A stretch of 64,000 nucleotides of DNA from Nibricoccus sp. (GCA_047602425.1 JASGHG010000001.1:416001-480000), one strand, 5' to 3'. Counted from the stretch's first letter, positions 33,759 through 43,973 are shown. The notes: generated from the letters alone by a model not told the origin. A program made the numbers and translations.

Positions 33759-35354
33759 ATGAGTGAAAAAGATACACAAAATACCGAGGACCAACTGCCT
33801 AAGGAAGTAAGGGAAGCGTTGCGCGGCACACCTTTTCGGACATTCCTCACCGGCGCAAATCCCTTTGGTGCCGCCACTTCCGGTAACGAAGCCCCCTCCG
33901 ACACTGACCATGAAGAACAGTTGAAACGTATTCGCAGCTTTGGGCTAAAACCACGCGAGATCCGCGACCACTTAGATCGTTTTGTGATCCAACAAAACGA
34001 GGCCAAAAAGGTTCTTTCGGTGGCGATTTGCGATCACTATAACCATGTCCGCGAGTGTCTCGCCAACCCCGATTTGCGCGAACGCGACTACGCAAAACAG
34101 AACATTCTTCTGCTCGGGCCGACCGGTGTGGGCAAAACTTATCTCATGCGCTGCATCGCGCGCCTGATCGGCGTGCCGTTCGTGAAAGCCGACGCAACAA
34201 AGTTTTCTGAGACTGGTTATGTCGGCGGCGACGTAGAGGACCTCGTGCGCGATTTGGTGAAGGCGGCCGATGGCGACGTCGAACTCGCGCAATATGGCAT
34301 CGTTTATATCGACGAGATCGACAAAATCGCCACCGCCACAAACAGCGGCGGCGGACGCGACGTGTCGGGGCGCGGCGTCCAAATCAACCTGCTCAAGCTC
34401 ATGGAGGAAACCGACGTCAATCTCCAAAGCCAGACGGATCTCGCCGCGCAAATGCAGGCGATGTTCGAAATGCAGCGCACCGGCCGCCAGCGCAAGCGGA
34501 CCATAAACACTCGCCATATCCTATTCATCGTCAGCGGCGCGTTCGATAAACTCGCAGAGCAGGTCAAGCGCCGCGTCCAAAGCAGCCAGATCGGTTTTGC
34601 CTCGGCCGGCAAAGAACGTCTCGCGCATGACAGCGATTACCTGCGGCTCGCCCAATCGCGCGACATCATCGATTACGGGATGGAGCCGGAATTCGTTGGC
34701 CGCCTGCCCGTGCGTGTGGCTTGCCAGGCTTTAACGCCTCAAGACCTGGAAAAAATTCTTCTCACTTCCGAAGGCAGCATCCTCGCCCAATACCGCGCGG
34801 ACTTCGCCGGCTACGGGATCGATTTCGAAATGACCGCAGACGCCGTGACGGAAGTCGCCGCCCGCGCACATTCTGAAAATACCGGAGCGCGTGGACTCAT
34901 GACAGTTCTCGAACGCGTTTTTCGCGACTTCAAATTCGAGCTCCCATCGACCGCTTTGAAAAACTTCCGCGTCGATGCGCCCACGGTCGCCTCCCCCGGT
35001 GATACGTTGCGCGCCCTGCTGCGGGACAACGCCACGCATCAGAAAGAGGTGCTAAGAGCCGAGGTGGCCTCGTTTGCGGCCCGTTTTCAACAAGAACACG
35101 GTTTCGAACTCGCTTTCGACGAAAGCGCCATCCTGGCGCTCATCGATGAAAGCCTCGCTACCGATAAAACCATCCGGGCCTTGTGCGAAATCAAGTTTCG
35201 CGATTTTCACCATGGCTTGAAACTCATTGCAGGCGATAGTGATAGAAAGAAGTTTGATATAGATCGGAGCGTCGTGGAAAACCCCGACAAAACCCTGTCT
35301 CAATGGGTGGTAGAGCGCTTCAAAACCAACGATCAGGCCCAGCCAAAGGGTTAA
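33759..35354 (+). CDS. ClpX-like AAA+ ATPase lacking the zinc-binding domain, with a C-terminal extension
   Basis: NILLLGPTGVGKT, ADATKFSETGYVG, YIDEIDKI, RDVSGRGVQ, IGF loop, PEFVGRLP, TGARGL. Confidence 0.88.
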   Translation: MSEKDTQNTEDQLPKEVREALRGTPFRTFLTGANPFGAATSGNEAPSDTDHEEQLKRIRSFGLKPREIRDHLDRFVIQQNEAKKVLSVAICDHYNHVRECLANPDLRERDYAKQNILLLGPTGVGKTYLMRCIARLIGVPFVKADATKFSETGYVGGDVEDLVRDLVKAADGDVELAQYGIVYIDEIDKIATATNSGGGRDVSGRGVQINLLKLMEETDVNLQSQTDLAAQMQAMFEMQRTGRQRKRTINTRHILFIVSGAFDKLAEQVKRRVQSSQIGFASAGKERLAHDSDYLRLAQSRDIIDYGMEPEFVGRLPVRVACQALTPQDLEKILLTSEGSILAQYRADFAGYGIDFEMTADAVTEVAARAHSENTGARGLMTVLERVFRDFKFELPSTALKNFRVDAPTVASPGDTLRALLRDNATHQKEVLRAEVASFAARFQQEHGFELAFDESAILALIDESLATDKTIRALCEIKFRDFHHGLKLIAGDSDRKKFDIDRSVVENPDKTLSQWVVERFKTNDQAQPKG

Positions 35355-35435
35355 CCTATTTGCGGGAGATTCGCTTTTAGCTGGTGCCAACCGGCCGCGT
35401 GGTTTGCAATGCGCGCTCTTTTGCCAGCTCTCTCA

Positions 35436-36128
35436 ATGCCGGATCCTGTCGCCGTAAATTCAATGTTTGCCCGCATCGCACGTCGCTACGACGTCGCGAA
35501 TCATCTGTTGAGCCTCGGCATCGACATCCGGTGGCGCAACAAACTCGTCAAAGCCGTGCGCCAGGCCGAACCACGCGCCATCCTCGATCTCGCAACCGGC
35601 AGCGGCGACGTCGCCTTCGCGCTCAGTCGGGGGCTGCCCGAGCATGTTCAAATTCTCGGCATGGATTTTTGCCAGCCGATGCTCGATGAGGCCGAGATCA
35701 AAAAAGCCTCGCGGCATTACGCCAACGTGACTTTCCAGCAAGGCGACGGTCTCGCGCTGCCCCTCGCGGACAATTCCTACGATGCCGTCACAATTTCCTT
35801 CGGCCTGCGAAACATGGGCAATCTTCGCCAATCGATTCAGGAAATGCGCCGCGTACTTCGGCCGGGCGGCCGGATGTTCGTCCTGGAATTTTCCCAGCCC
35901 GCACGTTGGTTTCGCCCGTTCTACTATTTTTATATCCGCCGCATTCTGCCCGGGCTCGCGCAGTTGGTGACCGGCGACCGTTCGGCCTACGTTTACCTCA
36001 ATGAAACGATTGAAGAATTTCCCGGCCGCGAAGCCCTCAGCCGCGAAATTCGCGAATGTGGCTTTAACGAGGTCAAAGCGAACGCTCTAACCTGCGGCAT
36101 TGTCGCGCTGCACGAAGCAGTGAAATAA
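35436..36128 (+). CDS. ubiE: UbiE/MenG quinone C-methyltransferase
   Basis: MFARIARRYDVANHLLSLG, LDLATGSGD, ISFGLRN, RVLRPGG, VLEFS, AYVYL. Confidence 0.92.
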   Translation: MPDPVAVNSMFARIARRYDVANHLLSLGIDIRWRNKLVKAVRQAEPRAILDLATGSGDVAFALSRGLPEHVQILGMDFCQPMLDEAEIKKASRHYANVTFQQGDGLALPLADNSYDAVTISFGLRNMGNLRQSIQEMRRVLRPGGRMFVLEFSQPARWFRPFYYFYIRRILPGLAQLVTGDRSAYVYLNETIEEFPGREALSREIRECGFNEVKANALTCGIVALHEAVK

Positions 36129-36193
36129 ACCCCGCTCTATCGGGCGGACCTGGGATAGAAGCCTGCATGCAGGCGAACTTGGGTTCGCTCCGA

Positions 36194-36511
36194 TCAGCTA
36201 AACGATTTCCCGCAACCGCAGGTACTCTGCGCATTGGGATTTTTGATCTCAAAGCCCTTGCCCTGGAGGTCGTCGTCGAAGTCGATCGCCGAACCATTCA
36301 TGTAGGCGAGACTCGTTGGATCCATGATCACATCCACGCCTTCAGTCTGGAACTGCGTGTCATCGGGCTTCGGCTCGTCGAATGACATGCCGTACTGAAA
36401 ACCCGAGCATCCGCCCGACTCCACAAACACGCGGAGGCGCTTCTGCGGCGCATTCAATTCATTCTGCATCGAGCGCACCTTAAAGGCGGCGCGTGGACTA
36501 AGCGTAATCAT
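36194..36511 (-). CDS. A-type Fe-S cluster carrier (IscA/ErpA/HesB family)
   Basis: GGCSGFQY and NPNAQSTCGCGKSF. Confidence 0.93.
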   Translation of the reverse strand: MITLSPRAAFKVRSMQNELNAPQKRLRVFVESGGCSGFQYGMSFDEPKPDDTQFQTEGVDVIMDPTSLAYMNGSAIDFDDDLQGKGFEIKNPNAQSTCGCGKSFS

Positions 36512-36632
36512 ACCGCAACGTGTAACGACACACGTCGCTGTCAACTGGTCGAAAAAATTACAGCAATTTTCATGCTAGATGTCATTTGCGCTCTTGCCAG
36601 CGCGCTGCTGCTGTCATTTCTTCTTCCGCAGA

Positions 36633-37616
36633 GTGGCTTCCCTCAAACACATCTTCAACGAGCTCCACTACGAGCTGACTCGAAAAATAGCCGAAGGCGG
36701 CATGGGTGTCGTCTACGAGGCGGTGCAGCGCGGCGCAGGCAATTTCCGTAAGAACGTCGCGGTTAAGCTCATTCGCGAAGAATATTCCACCATCCCGGAA
36801 TTCCAGAAAAATTTCATCGGAGAGGCCCGCCTTGTCGCCGATTTGATCCACACCAATATCGTCCAGACCTATCACCTCGGGCAGGTCGGCGGACAGTACT
36901 TCATGGTGATGGAATTCGTGCGGGGCGTGCACCTCGAACATTTGATCGAGCGCCACCGCGTGCTCAAACGCCAGATTCCCGTCGATATTGCAGCGTTCAT
37001 TATTTCACGCGTCGCCCGCGGCCTAGCCTACGCCCATCAGAAATGCGACATTGAGGGACGCCACCTTAACATTGTTCACCGCGACATCGGTCCGAAAAAC
37101 GTCCTCATTGCCTACGAAGGGGACGTGAAGTTGACCGACTTCGGCATCGCGAAGGCCCTCGACCTGATGTACAACGAGGAAGGCAAAGTCATCGCCGGCA
37201 AAGACGAGTACCTTTCCCCCGAACAGGCCAGTTACGCCGTGACCGACGCCCGCGCCGACCTTTTTCCGCTCGGCATCGTCCTCACGGAATTGTTGTTGGG
37301 ACGAAATATTTTCCGCTCTGCCGATCGTCTCGAATCGCGTCGCAACATCCTCACGATGCCGGTGCCGAAATTCGGCACGCTGCGCCCCGACATCGATTCG
37401 CGCCTCGAAGCCATTATTCAGAAGGCACTGCAGCGCGACCGCGATAAACGCTACCAGACCGCCGCGGAAATTCTCACCGATTTGGAAATGTACCTCTACA
37501 GCGACCGCTACGGTCCCACCAACGAGAAACTCGGGGTGTATCTCCGCGAGTTGATGGATCACCGCGAGCCAGGCGTGCCCCCTCCGCTTTCGAAATCCCC
37601 CGCCCCGGCCTCCTGA
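36633..37616 (+). CDS. Hanks-type Ser/Thr protein kinase, cytoplasmic, catalytic domain only
   Basis: [52 protein letters not shown] start 36633 inferred. Confidence 0.92.
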   Translation: MASLKHIFNELHYELTRKIAEGGMGVVYEAVQRGAGNFRKNVAVKLIREEYSTIPEFQKNFIGEARLVADLIHTNIVQTYHLGQVGGQYFMVMEFVRGVHLEHLIERHRVLKRQIPVDIAAFIISRVARGLAYAHQKCDIEGRHLNIVHRDIGPKNVLIAYEGDVKLTDFGIAKALDLMYNEEGKVIAGKDEYLSPEQASYAVTDARADLFPLGIVLTELLLGRNIFRSADRLESRRNILTMPVPKFGTLRPDIDSRLEAIIQKALQRDRDKRYQTAAEILTDLEMYLYSDRYGPTNEKLGVYLRELMDHREPGVPPPLSKSPAPAS

Positions 37617-37646
37617 TGCATCACCACACTGCCATCACCAAAGACC

Positions 37647-39125
37647 ATGAGCGGACACGGATTTAGCCAGGACCTCCGACAGCGCCAGACCCAGTCATTG
37701 GTGCTCGCGCCGCAGTTGCGGCAGTCGCTGAAAATTCTTCAGGTCGCTGCACTCGACCTGCGTTCTGTCATTCAGGAGGAGTTGCAGAACAATCCGACTT
37801 TGGAAGAACTCCCGATGGAAGGCGTCAGCCTCGACAAGGAGAAGGCGGAGAGTTCCAACGAAGCCGGCGAAAATGGTTCCAGCGAGACGCCTGAGCAGCA
37901 CGAGGAAATGGATTTTTCCAACTCCAAGGAGTTCGAAATCCTCAGCAAGCTCAACGAAGACTGGCGCGACCACATGGCCCAGGCCGGCGGCAATCAGCCA
38001 TACACCTCCGAGGACGCGGAGAAACGCCAGCACTTCTTCGATTCCCTTGTTAGCGAAACCTCGCTTCAGGAACACCTGATGCAGCAGGCCGAACTAGCCG
38101 ACATGCCACCACAGGCGCTCGAAGCCATGAAATACCTGGTCGGCAGTCTCGACGACCGCGGCTTCCTCACTCAATCCGCCGCCGACGTCTCACTTCAGAC
38201 CGGCCTCCCGCTCGAAGCCGTCCAGCAGGCGGTCAAACTCCTCAAGACGTTCGATCCTCCCGGCATTGGCTGCGAAGACATTGAGGACTGCCTGCTCCAG
38301 CAGCTCATCGCCAAAGGCCGAAGCGATTCGCTCGCCGCGCGGATTCTTCGCGATCATTTCACCCTTCTCTCGCGCCGCCGCATTCCAGAAATCGCGCGAA
38401 AACTCGGCGCACATATGGACGACGTGCAGATCGCCATCGAGGAAATCGGCACGCTCGATCCCGCGCCCGGCCGACGTTTTGCCGATGACAACAACCGTGT
38501 TGTCGTCCCCGACGTCACTGTAGAAAAAGACGGCGAAGAGTGGAAAATCATCCTCAACAACGACTATATCCCGCGCCTCAGAATTTCGAGTACCTACCGG
38601 GAACTTATCGCCAAAGGCACCCTCTCCAAACAGGAGCGGGACTACCTCCGCGAACGCATGCGTTCCGGCAAATTCCTGATCAACTCCATCGAACAGCGCC
38701 AGCAGACGATCGAGCGAATCACTCGCGAAATCATCAAGGCTCAGATCGAGTTTTTTGAAGGCGGCGTGTCGAAATTGAAACCCCTGACGATGACGCAGAT
38801 TGCCGATGTCGTCGGCGTACATGAAACGACGGTCAGTCGCGCCATCGCCAATAAATACATTCGGACGCCACACGGCGTTTTCGATTTCAAATATTTCTTC
38901 ACCCCCGGTTACCAGTCCGATACCGGCGCCGCCGTTTCGAACACCAGCGTGAAGGACATGATCAACGACCTCATCGAAGGCGAAGATCGCAGCCACCCGC
39001 TCAGCGATCAGGAAATCGTGGCCAAGCTCCAGGAAAAAGGCATCAACATCGCCCGCCGCACCGTCGCCAAATACCGCGAAGAACTCGGCTTGCTGCCGAG
39101 CAATCTGCGGAGGGACTATACCTGA
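37647..39125 (+). CDS. rpoN: RNA polymerase sigma-54 factor
   Basis: Q-rich region I, NNPTLE, HETTVSRA HTH, ARRTVAKYRE RpoN box. Confidence 0.98.
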   Translation: MSGHGFSQDLRQRQTQSLVLAPQLRQSLKILQVAALDLRSVIQEELQNNPTLEELPMEGVSLDKEKAESSNEAGENGSSETPEQHEEMDFSNSKEFEILSKLNEDWRDHMAQAGGNQPYTSEDAEKRQHFFDSLVSETSLQEHLMQQAELADMPPQALEAMKYLVGSLDDRGFLTQSAADVSLQTGLPLEAVQQAVKLLKTFDPPGIGCEDIEDCLLQQLIAKGRSDSLAARILRDHFTLLSRRRIPEIARKLGAHMDDVQIAIEEIGTLDPAPGRRFADDNNRVVVPDVTVEKDGEEWKIILNNDYIPRLRISSTYRELIAKGTLSKQERDYLRERMRSGKFLINSIEQRQQTIERITREIIKAQIEFFEGGVSKLKPLTMTQIADVVGVHETTVSRAIANKYIRTPHGVFDFKYFFTPGYQSDTGAAVSNTSVKDMINDLIEGEDRSHPLSDQEIVAKLQEKGINIARRTVAKYREELGLLPSNLRRDYT

Positions 39126-39181
39126 GCGCCAGCGCCCACGTTCTTTCCTCTTTCTCGTTCTCTTTATCTTTCTCGGAGCGA

Positions 39182-39499
39182 ATGAAGAGAAAACTTTCAT
39201 GGGCTATCGGAATACTCGCTTACATTGCACCTCCCATTTGGTACTATTTCACATCGCAATCGTACATTAATGAGGTCAAGCGGGAGCACGGTTGGGTTTG
39301 CGGAAATCCTCTCTTGGCCTACCTCGCAATAGCCTGCATTGCGGCATCGGTCTTATCGATCATCGCCACAGGTTTCGGAATTGCTTCATACATTGTGACA
39401 CCGGCGCCTCGCCCCAAATACCGAGTTTTAGAAGTCGTTTTTCTCATTTTGCCATTTCTCATCGAAGGTACCTATGCAGTTGGCCTCTTCTTCGGCTAG
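39182..39499 (+). CDS. Hypothetical membrane protein (about 3 TM helices), visibly lower GC
   Basis: 105-aa ORF with hydrophobic segments filling the rpoN-trpB2 gap. Confidence 0.6.
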   Translation: MKRKLSWAIGILAYIAPPIWYYFTSQSYINEVKREHGWVCGNPLLAYLAIACIAASVLSIIATGFGIASYIVTPAPRPKYRVLEVVFLILPFLIEGTYAVGLFFG

Positions 39500-39613
39500 T
39501 TGCGGGATCCTTCCAATTAGCCCCGCTCCACCCGCGAGCAGCTGAGCTATTTTCCCTCGCAGCGGCACGAATCAGTTGGCATCCGCCCGGCGTTTTTCTT
39601 AACAAACGCCCTC

Positions 39614-40957
39614 ATGTCCTCCGAAATCGTTACCCTTCCCCACAGCGAAATTCCCAAGGCTTGGTACAACGTCCTCGCCGATCTCCCTTCCCCGCTCCCG
39701 CCGCCGCTGCATCCCGGCACCGGAAAACCGCTCGCACCCGAGGATCTCGCGCCGATTTTCCCGAAGGCCCTCATTGAACAGGAAATGTCCGGCGAAAAGT
39801 GGATCGAGATCCCCGCCGAAGTCCGCGAGCAATACAAAATCTGGCGCCCCACCCCGCTCGTTCGCGCCGTCCGCCTCGAAAAAGCGCTGAAGACCAACTG
39901 CCGCATTTATTTCAAAAACGAGAGCATCAGCCCTGCCGGTAGTCACAAACTGAATACCGCGCTCGCCCAAGCCTACTACAACAAGAAGGAGGGAGTCACC
40001 CGCGTTACGACCGAGACCGGCGCCGGCCAATGGGGTTCGTCCATGGCCTTCGCCAGCCAACTCTTCGGACTCGAATGCGTTATCTACATGGTGAAATCGA
40101 GTTATCACCAAAAGCCCTATCGCCGTTCGCTCATGAACATTTGGGGCGGCAAGGTCACGGCCTCTCCTTCCGACAAAACCAACGCCGGTCGCGCCATCCT
40201 CGCCGAAAATCCCAACACACCCGGCTCGCTCGGCATCGCCATTTCCGAAGCCGTCGAGGACGCCGCCACGAGCAAGAACACCAAGTACACGCTCGGCTCC
40301 GTCCTCAACCACGTGATACTCCACCAAAGCGTCATCGGGCTCGAAACCAAGAAGCAGCTCGAAATCGCCGGCGAAAAACCCGACACGCTCGTTGGCTGCG
40401 TTGGCGGTGGCAGTAATTTCGGCGGGTTCGCCTTTCCGTTCCTTCCCGAGAAACTCACCACCAACAAAAATCTGCGCATCGTCGCGGTCGAGCCTTCCGC
40501 CTGTCCATCGCTCACGAAGGGCGTTTACGCCTACGACTTCGGCGACACCGCCAAGCTCACTCCGCTCGTGAAAATGTTCACGCTCGGTCACACCTTCGTG
40601 CCCGAGGGCATTCACGCCGGCGGTCTCCGCTACCACGGCACGGCGCCAATCGTCGCGCACCTTGCCGATCTCAAGCTCATCGAGGCTGTCGCGATCACGC
40701 AAAACACTGTCTTCGCGGGCGCCCTCCAATTCGCCCGCACCGAGGGCTTCGTCCCCGCGCCCGAGACTTCGCACGCGATCGCTGCCACCATTGCCGAAGC
40801 GAAGAAAAACGACGGCAAGTGCATCGTCATGTGTTACAGCGGACACGGCCATTTCGACATGGCCGCTTACGACGCCCACCTCTCCGGCGTGCTTGAAGAT
40901 TACGAGCATCCCGAGGAGAAAATTGCCGAGGCGCTTCATCACCTGCCGAAGGTCTAA
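39614..40957 (+). CDS. trpB2: TrpB2-type tryptophan synthase beta-like PLP enzyme
   Basis: [27 protein letters not shown] (PLP Lys), [44 protein letters not shown]. Confidence 0.95.
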   Translation: MSSEIVTLPHSEIPKAWYNVLADLPSPLPPPLHPGTGKPLAPEDLAPIFPKALIEQEMSGEKWIEIPAEVREQYKIWRPTPLVRAVRLEKALKTNCRIYFKNESISPAGSHKLNTALAQAYYNKKEGVTRVTTETGAGQWGSSMAFASQLFGLECVIYMVKSSYHQKPYRRSLMNIWGGKVTASPSDKTNAGRAILAENPNTPGSLGIAISEAVEDAATSKNTKYTLGSVLNHVILHQSVIGLETKKQLEIAGEKPDTLVGCVGGGSNFGGFAFPFLPEKLTTNKNLRIVAVEPSACPSLTKGVYAYDFGDTAKLTPLVKMFTLGHTFVPEGIHAGGLRYHGTAPIVAHLADLKLIEAVAITQNTVFAGALQFARTEGFVPAPETSHAIAATIAEAKKNDGKCIVMCYSGHGHFDMAAYDAHLSGVLEDYEHPEEKIAEALHHLPKV

Positions 40958-40969
40958 AACCTTTCCACC

Positions 40970-40998
40970 AAGCCGCGCCACACCAGCGCGGCTTTTTT
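40970..40998 (+). terminator. Terminator-like hairpin after trpB2
   Basis: aagccgcgc-n7-gcgcggctt plus T's; only 6 bp before the next ATG. Confidence 0.65.
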
Positions 40999-41004
40999 GC
41001 CGCC

Positions 41005-41955
41005 ATGACCATCGCCATCACCGGCGCCGCTGGAAATCTCGGCTCACTCTTAAGCCGGCATTTGCTCGCGCACACGCCAAACGATCTGCGCCTGCTCATC
41101 CACAACCGCGATCTACCGCCAGATTTGAAAAACCATCCGCGAGCGCCCGCTGTGCGCTGTGACCTCGCCCGACCGGAGACCCTCGTGCCCGCGCTGGTCG
41201 GAGCAGATTGCGTCGTCCATTTCGCTGGCGTGCTTTTCAAAGCCAATCCCGAGCGTTTTCTACCCACCACCAATACCGCCTATTTCAAAAACTTCCTCGA
41301 CGTCGCCATCGCGCAAAAAGTCCGCCGTGTCATCCTGATCAGTTTTCCCCACGTCGAAGGCGAAACCACGTCCGAATCGCCCGCCACCGGCAAACTCGAT
41401 GGCATTCCTTCCTCCGCGCACGCCCGCACCCGGCTCGAAGAGGAAAAACTTCTCTTCGCCGCAGGCAAAACCCATGGCTTCGAAGCCGCTTCACTCCGCG
41501 TCGGCATGGTCTATGGTCGCGGCATTCTAATGATCGATACCGCACGCTGGCTTGCCCGGCGGAGACTGCTCGGTGTCTGGCGTGAACCAACTTGGATTCA
41601 TTTGATCTCCACCGAAGACTTCCTGACCGCCACCGCCGCAGCCGCCACCCGCGAAAACATACAAGGCATTTACCATCTCGGAGACGACGGCCGCCAAACA
41701 TTGCAGCAGTTTCTCGACACTGCCGCCGAAGTTTGGGGCACGCGCAAACCTTGGCGTATGCGGCTGGGATTAATCTATTCTGCGGCCCGTCTTTGCGAGG
41801 GCTGGTCTTCGCTGTCCGGCTCGCGATCGCCGCTCACCCGCGATTTCATTACCATTGGTCGTTGCTCCTATTACGGCGACACTTCGCGCATGAGGACAGA
41901 ACTGCTCTCAAAATTGGCGTACCCAACATTGAAAGAGGGCCGTCACACGCTTTAA
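41005..41955 (+). CDS. NAD-dependent epimerase/dehydratase (extended or atypical SDR)
   Basis: ITGAAGNLG Rossmann motif, CDL, VVHFAG, LRVGMVYG; the YxxxK position reads HARTR. Confidence 0.8.
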   Translation: MTIAITGAAGNLGSLLSRHLLAHTPNDLRLLIHNRDLPPDLKNHPRAPAVRCDLARPETLVPALVGADCVVHFAGVLFKANPERFLPTTNTAYFKNFLDVAIAQKVRRVILISFPHVEGETTSESPATGKLDGIPSSAHARTRLEEEKLLFAAGKTHGFEAASLRVGMVYGRGILMIDTARWLARRRLLGVWREPTWIHLISTEDFLTATAAAATRENIQGIYHLGDDGRQTLQQFLDTAAEVWGTRKPWRMRLGLIYSAARLCEGWSSLSGSRSPLTRDFITIGRCSYYGDTSRMRTELLSKLAYPTLKEGRHTL

Positions 41956-41963
41956 TTGATTTC

Positions 41964-42446
41964 ATGTCCGCCCGACGCGAAGATTATATTCTACGAATGA
42001 TCGAACAGCTGCGCCTCATGGTCGCCGCCGCGGTGAAATTTCGCAACGGCGGGCAACTCGATCAGGCGCTCCTCGCCATCGTTAGCGCGCAGGAAAAACT
42101 TTTTGCCCGGCCCGCATCCGATTTCATGGCGCTCGACCTCGACGAACAACTGCGCCTGCTCCGGATCGACGAAGCCCCCGATACCGCTCGCGAAAAATGC
42201 CTCGGTTATGCCGCCTTGCTTCGTGAAGCGGGGCTTGTTTACGAAGCCCGCGACAAACCCGAACTCGCCGCCAGCGCGTTTCAGTCCGCTCTCTATATTT
42301 TGCTGACCACCGCCGTCGAAACCAACCGGCCCGCCAGCAGCGAAACCGCCGCCGACATCGCCGATTTACTCGACCGCATACCCGTCGATCAGCTTCACGC
42401 ACCAGTAAAAGAACTGCTCGCACAGCTTGGCGCTCAAGAATCTTGA
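41964..42446 (+). CDS. Hypothetical all-helical protein
   Basis: MSARREDYILRMIEQL N-terminus; codon usage like its neighbours; start re-assigned to ATG 41964. Confidence 0.7.
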   Translation: MSARREDYILRMIEQLRLMVAAAVKFRNGGQLDQALLAIVSAQEKLFARPASDFMALDLDEQLRLLRIDEAPDTAREKCLGYAALLREAGLVYEARDKPELAASAFQSALYILLTTAVETNRPASSETAADIADLLDRIPVDQLHAPVKELLAQLGAQES

Positions 42447-42663
42447 GCGATCCCGTCAGGCCGGTTTTCGTCAAAAATTGGCGAAATCCGCTTAGCGAGC
42501 GCGTGGGAAATCGCGTTTTCATTTCCTTCTTACTTAATCCCGGGAATCCAAGGTTGTCTTACCGATTTAGCCAGTCCTACGGTCTTTTCCAGAATCTGGC
42601 GCTTTTCCAGCTACGGCGCACTATCCGAGCCCTCAGCTAATCTTCACCCGTACGTAAAGCCTC

Positions 42664-43071
42664 ATGAACCGCTATCTTCTCGTTACATTGATCGCCGTGG
42701 TCGCGATTTTCCTTAGTCGCGCACAAAAATTCAAGTCTGCCGGCCCGGACGTCGTGACCGAGGAACGTCTGGCCAAGATCTTCGAAAACACCAACGAAAA
42801 GGTCGTCCTCTATTTCTGGCAGCCCGATTGCGCGCCTTCCAAGTCCGTCACCCCCATGATCGAGGAGGTCGCCAGCAGTTATCCGAAGCTGAAAGTACTG
42901 AAAATCAACACCGCGAACCCCGACAATCGCGAGATCCACGACGCTTACAGCATCCATTCGACTCCGACGATCGTGGTGATGCAGAAAAACAAATTTGTCT
43001 CCCAGTGGATCGGGCCCTTCAAAGACAAAAATCAGCTCATCACCTTCCTGAAACCTTCTTCCGCTTACTAA
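42664..43071 (+). CDS. Thioredoxin-fold protein with N-terminal anchor and CxxS motif
   Basis: VVLYFWQPDCAPSK, KVLKIN, YSIHSTPT (cis-Pro loop). Confidence 0.8.
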   Translation: MNRYLLVTLIAVVAIFLSRAQKFKSAGPDVVTEERLAKIFENTNEKVVLYFWQPDCAPSKSVTPMIEEVASSYPKLKVLKINTANPDNREIHDAYSIHSTPTIVVMQKNKFVSQWIGPFKDKNQLITFLKPSSAY

Positions 43072-43098
43072 AAAGCCGGTTTTTTATCCTCTATTTCG

Positions 43099-43132
43099 AA
43101 AACGCGCAGCCGTTCCGCTGCGCGTTTTTTTT
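43099..43132 (+). terminator. Intrinsic terminator upstream of the BMC operon
   Basis: aaaacgcgcagc-n6-gctgcgcgtttt continuing as a T-run. Confidence 0.75.
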
Positions 43133-43248
43133 GCGAAAAAATCGCGCCGGCCCTCTGTAAGTTATATGATTGACTTGCGTCATAAAACGCGCAGGGTTCG
43201 ACAAAATTCGGTAAGCCGTCCCAAACCCTTTCTGACAAACTGAGCTCC

Positions 43249-43929
43249 ATGACGCCCGCGCCCACCCTGCCACATCGTGCCGAGATCGAGCACGTCGTTC
43301 GCCGGCTCCTTTATCAACGTCTGCAACGCCCGATGCCGCGTTCCGTGCGCGCACCGCGCCCGCTCGTCGTCAACGTTTCCGCCCGCCACTGCCATCTCTC
43401 GCCTCAAGCGGTTGAAGCTCTCTTTGGCAAAGGCTACCAGCTCACGCCAATGAAGTGGCTGTATCAAGAAGGCCAATACGCCGCCAAGGAATCCGTAACG
43501 CTCATCGGTCCACGCAGCCGCGTCATTTCCAATCTCCGCATCCTCGGCCCCTGCCGCGATTTCAACCAGGTCGAACTCGCCCTGACCGATGCCATCTCAC
43601 TCGGCTTCGAAGTGCCCGTCCGCCAGTCCGGAACCATCAAGGACACTCCAAGCTGCATGTTGATGGGACCCGCTGGATTTTTTGAAATGCCCGAAGGCGT
43701 TATTCGCGCCGCACCGCATGTCCACATGCATCCCGACGACGCCGCATTCTATGGCGTAAAACAGGGTGACTTCATGCGTCTAAAAGTCGGTGGCCCTTGC
43801 GCCATGACGTTTGATCGCATGCTCGTCCGCGTCGACAAGTCCTTCAAACTCGAAGTCCACATCGACACCGACGAGGGCAATGCTTGCGGCCTCGGTGCCG
43901 ACACCCCGTGCGAACTTCTTCCTCTCTGA
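43249..43929 (+). CDS. pduL: PduL-type phosphotransacylase with N-terminal encapsulation peptide
   Basis: VNVSARHCHL, QEGQYAA, RILGPCR, QVELALTD, HVHMHP, EVHIDTDEGNA. Confidence 0.93.
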   Translation: MTPAPTLPHRAEIEHVVRRLLYQRLQRPMPRSVRAPRPLVVNVSARHCHLSPQAVEALFGKGYQLTPMKWLYQEGQYAAKESVTLIGPRSRVISNLRILGPCRDFNQVELALTDAISLGFEVPVRQSGTIKDTPSCMLMGPAGFFEMPEGVIRAAPHVHMHPDDAAFYGVKQGDFMRLKVGGPCAMTFDRMLVRVDKSFKLEVHIDTDEGNACGLGADTPCELLPL

Positions 43930-43973
43930 TTTTTAACCCGTAAACCTCCAACCAACCTCAATCCCGATTCCAC

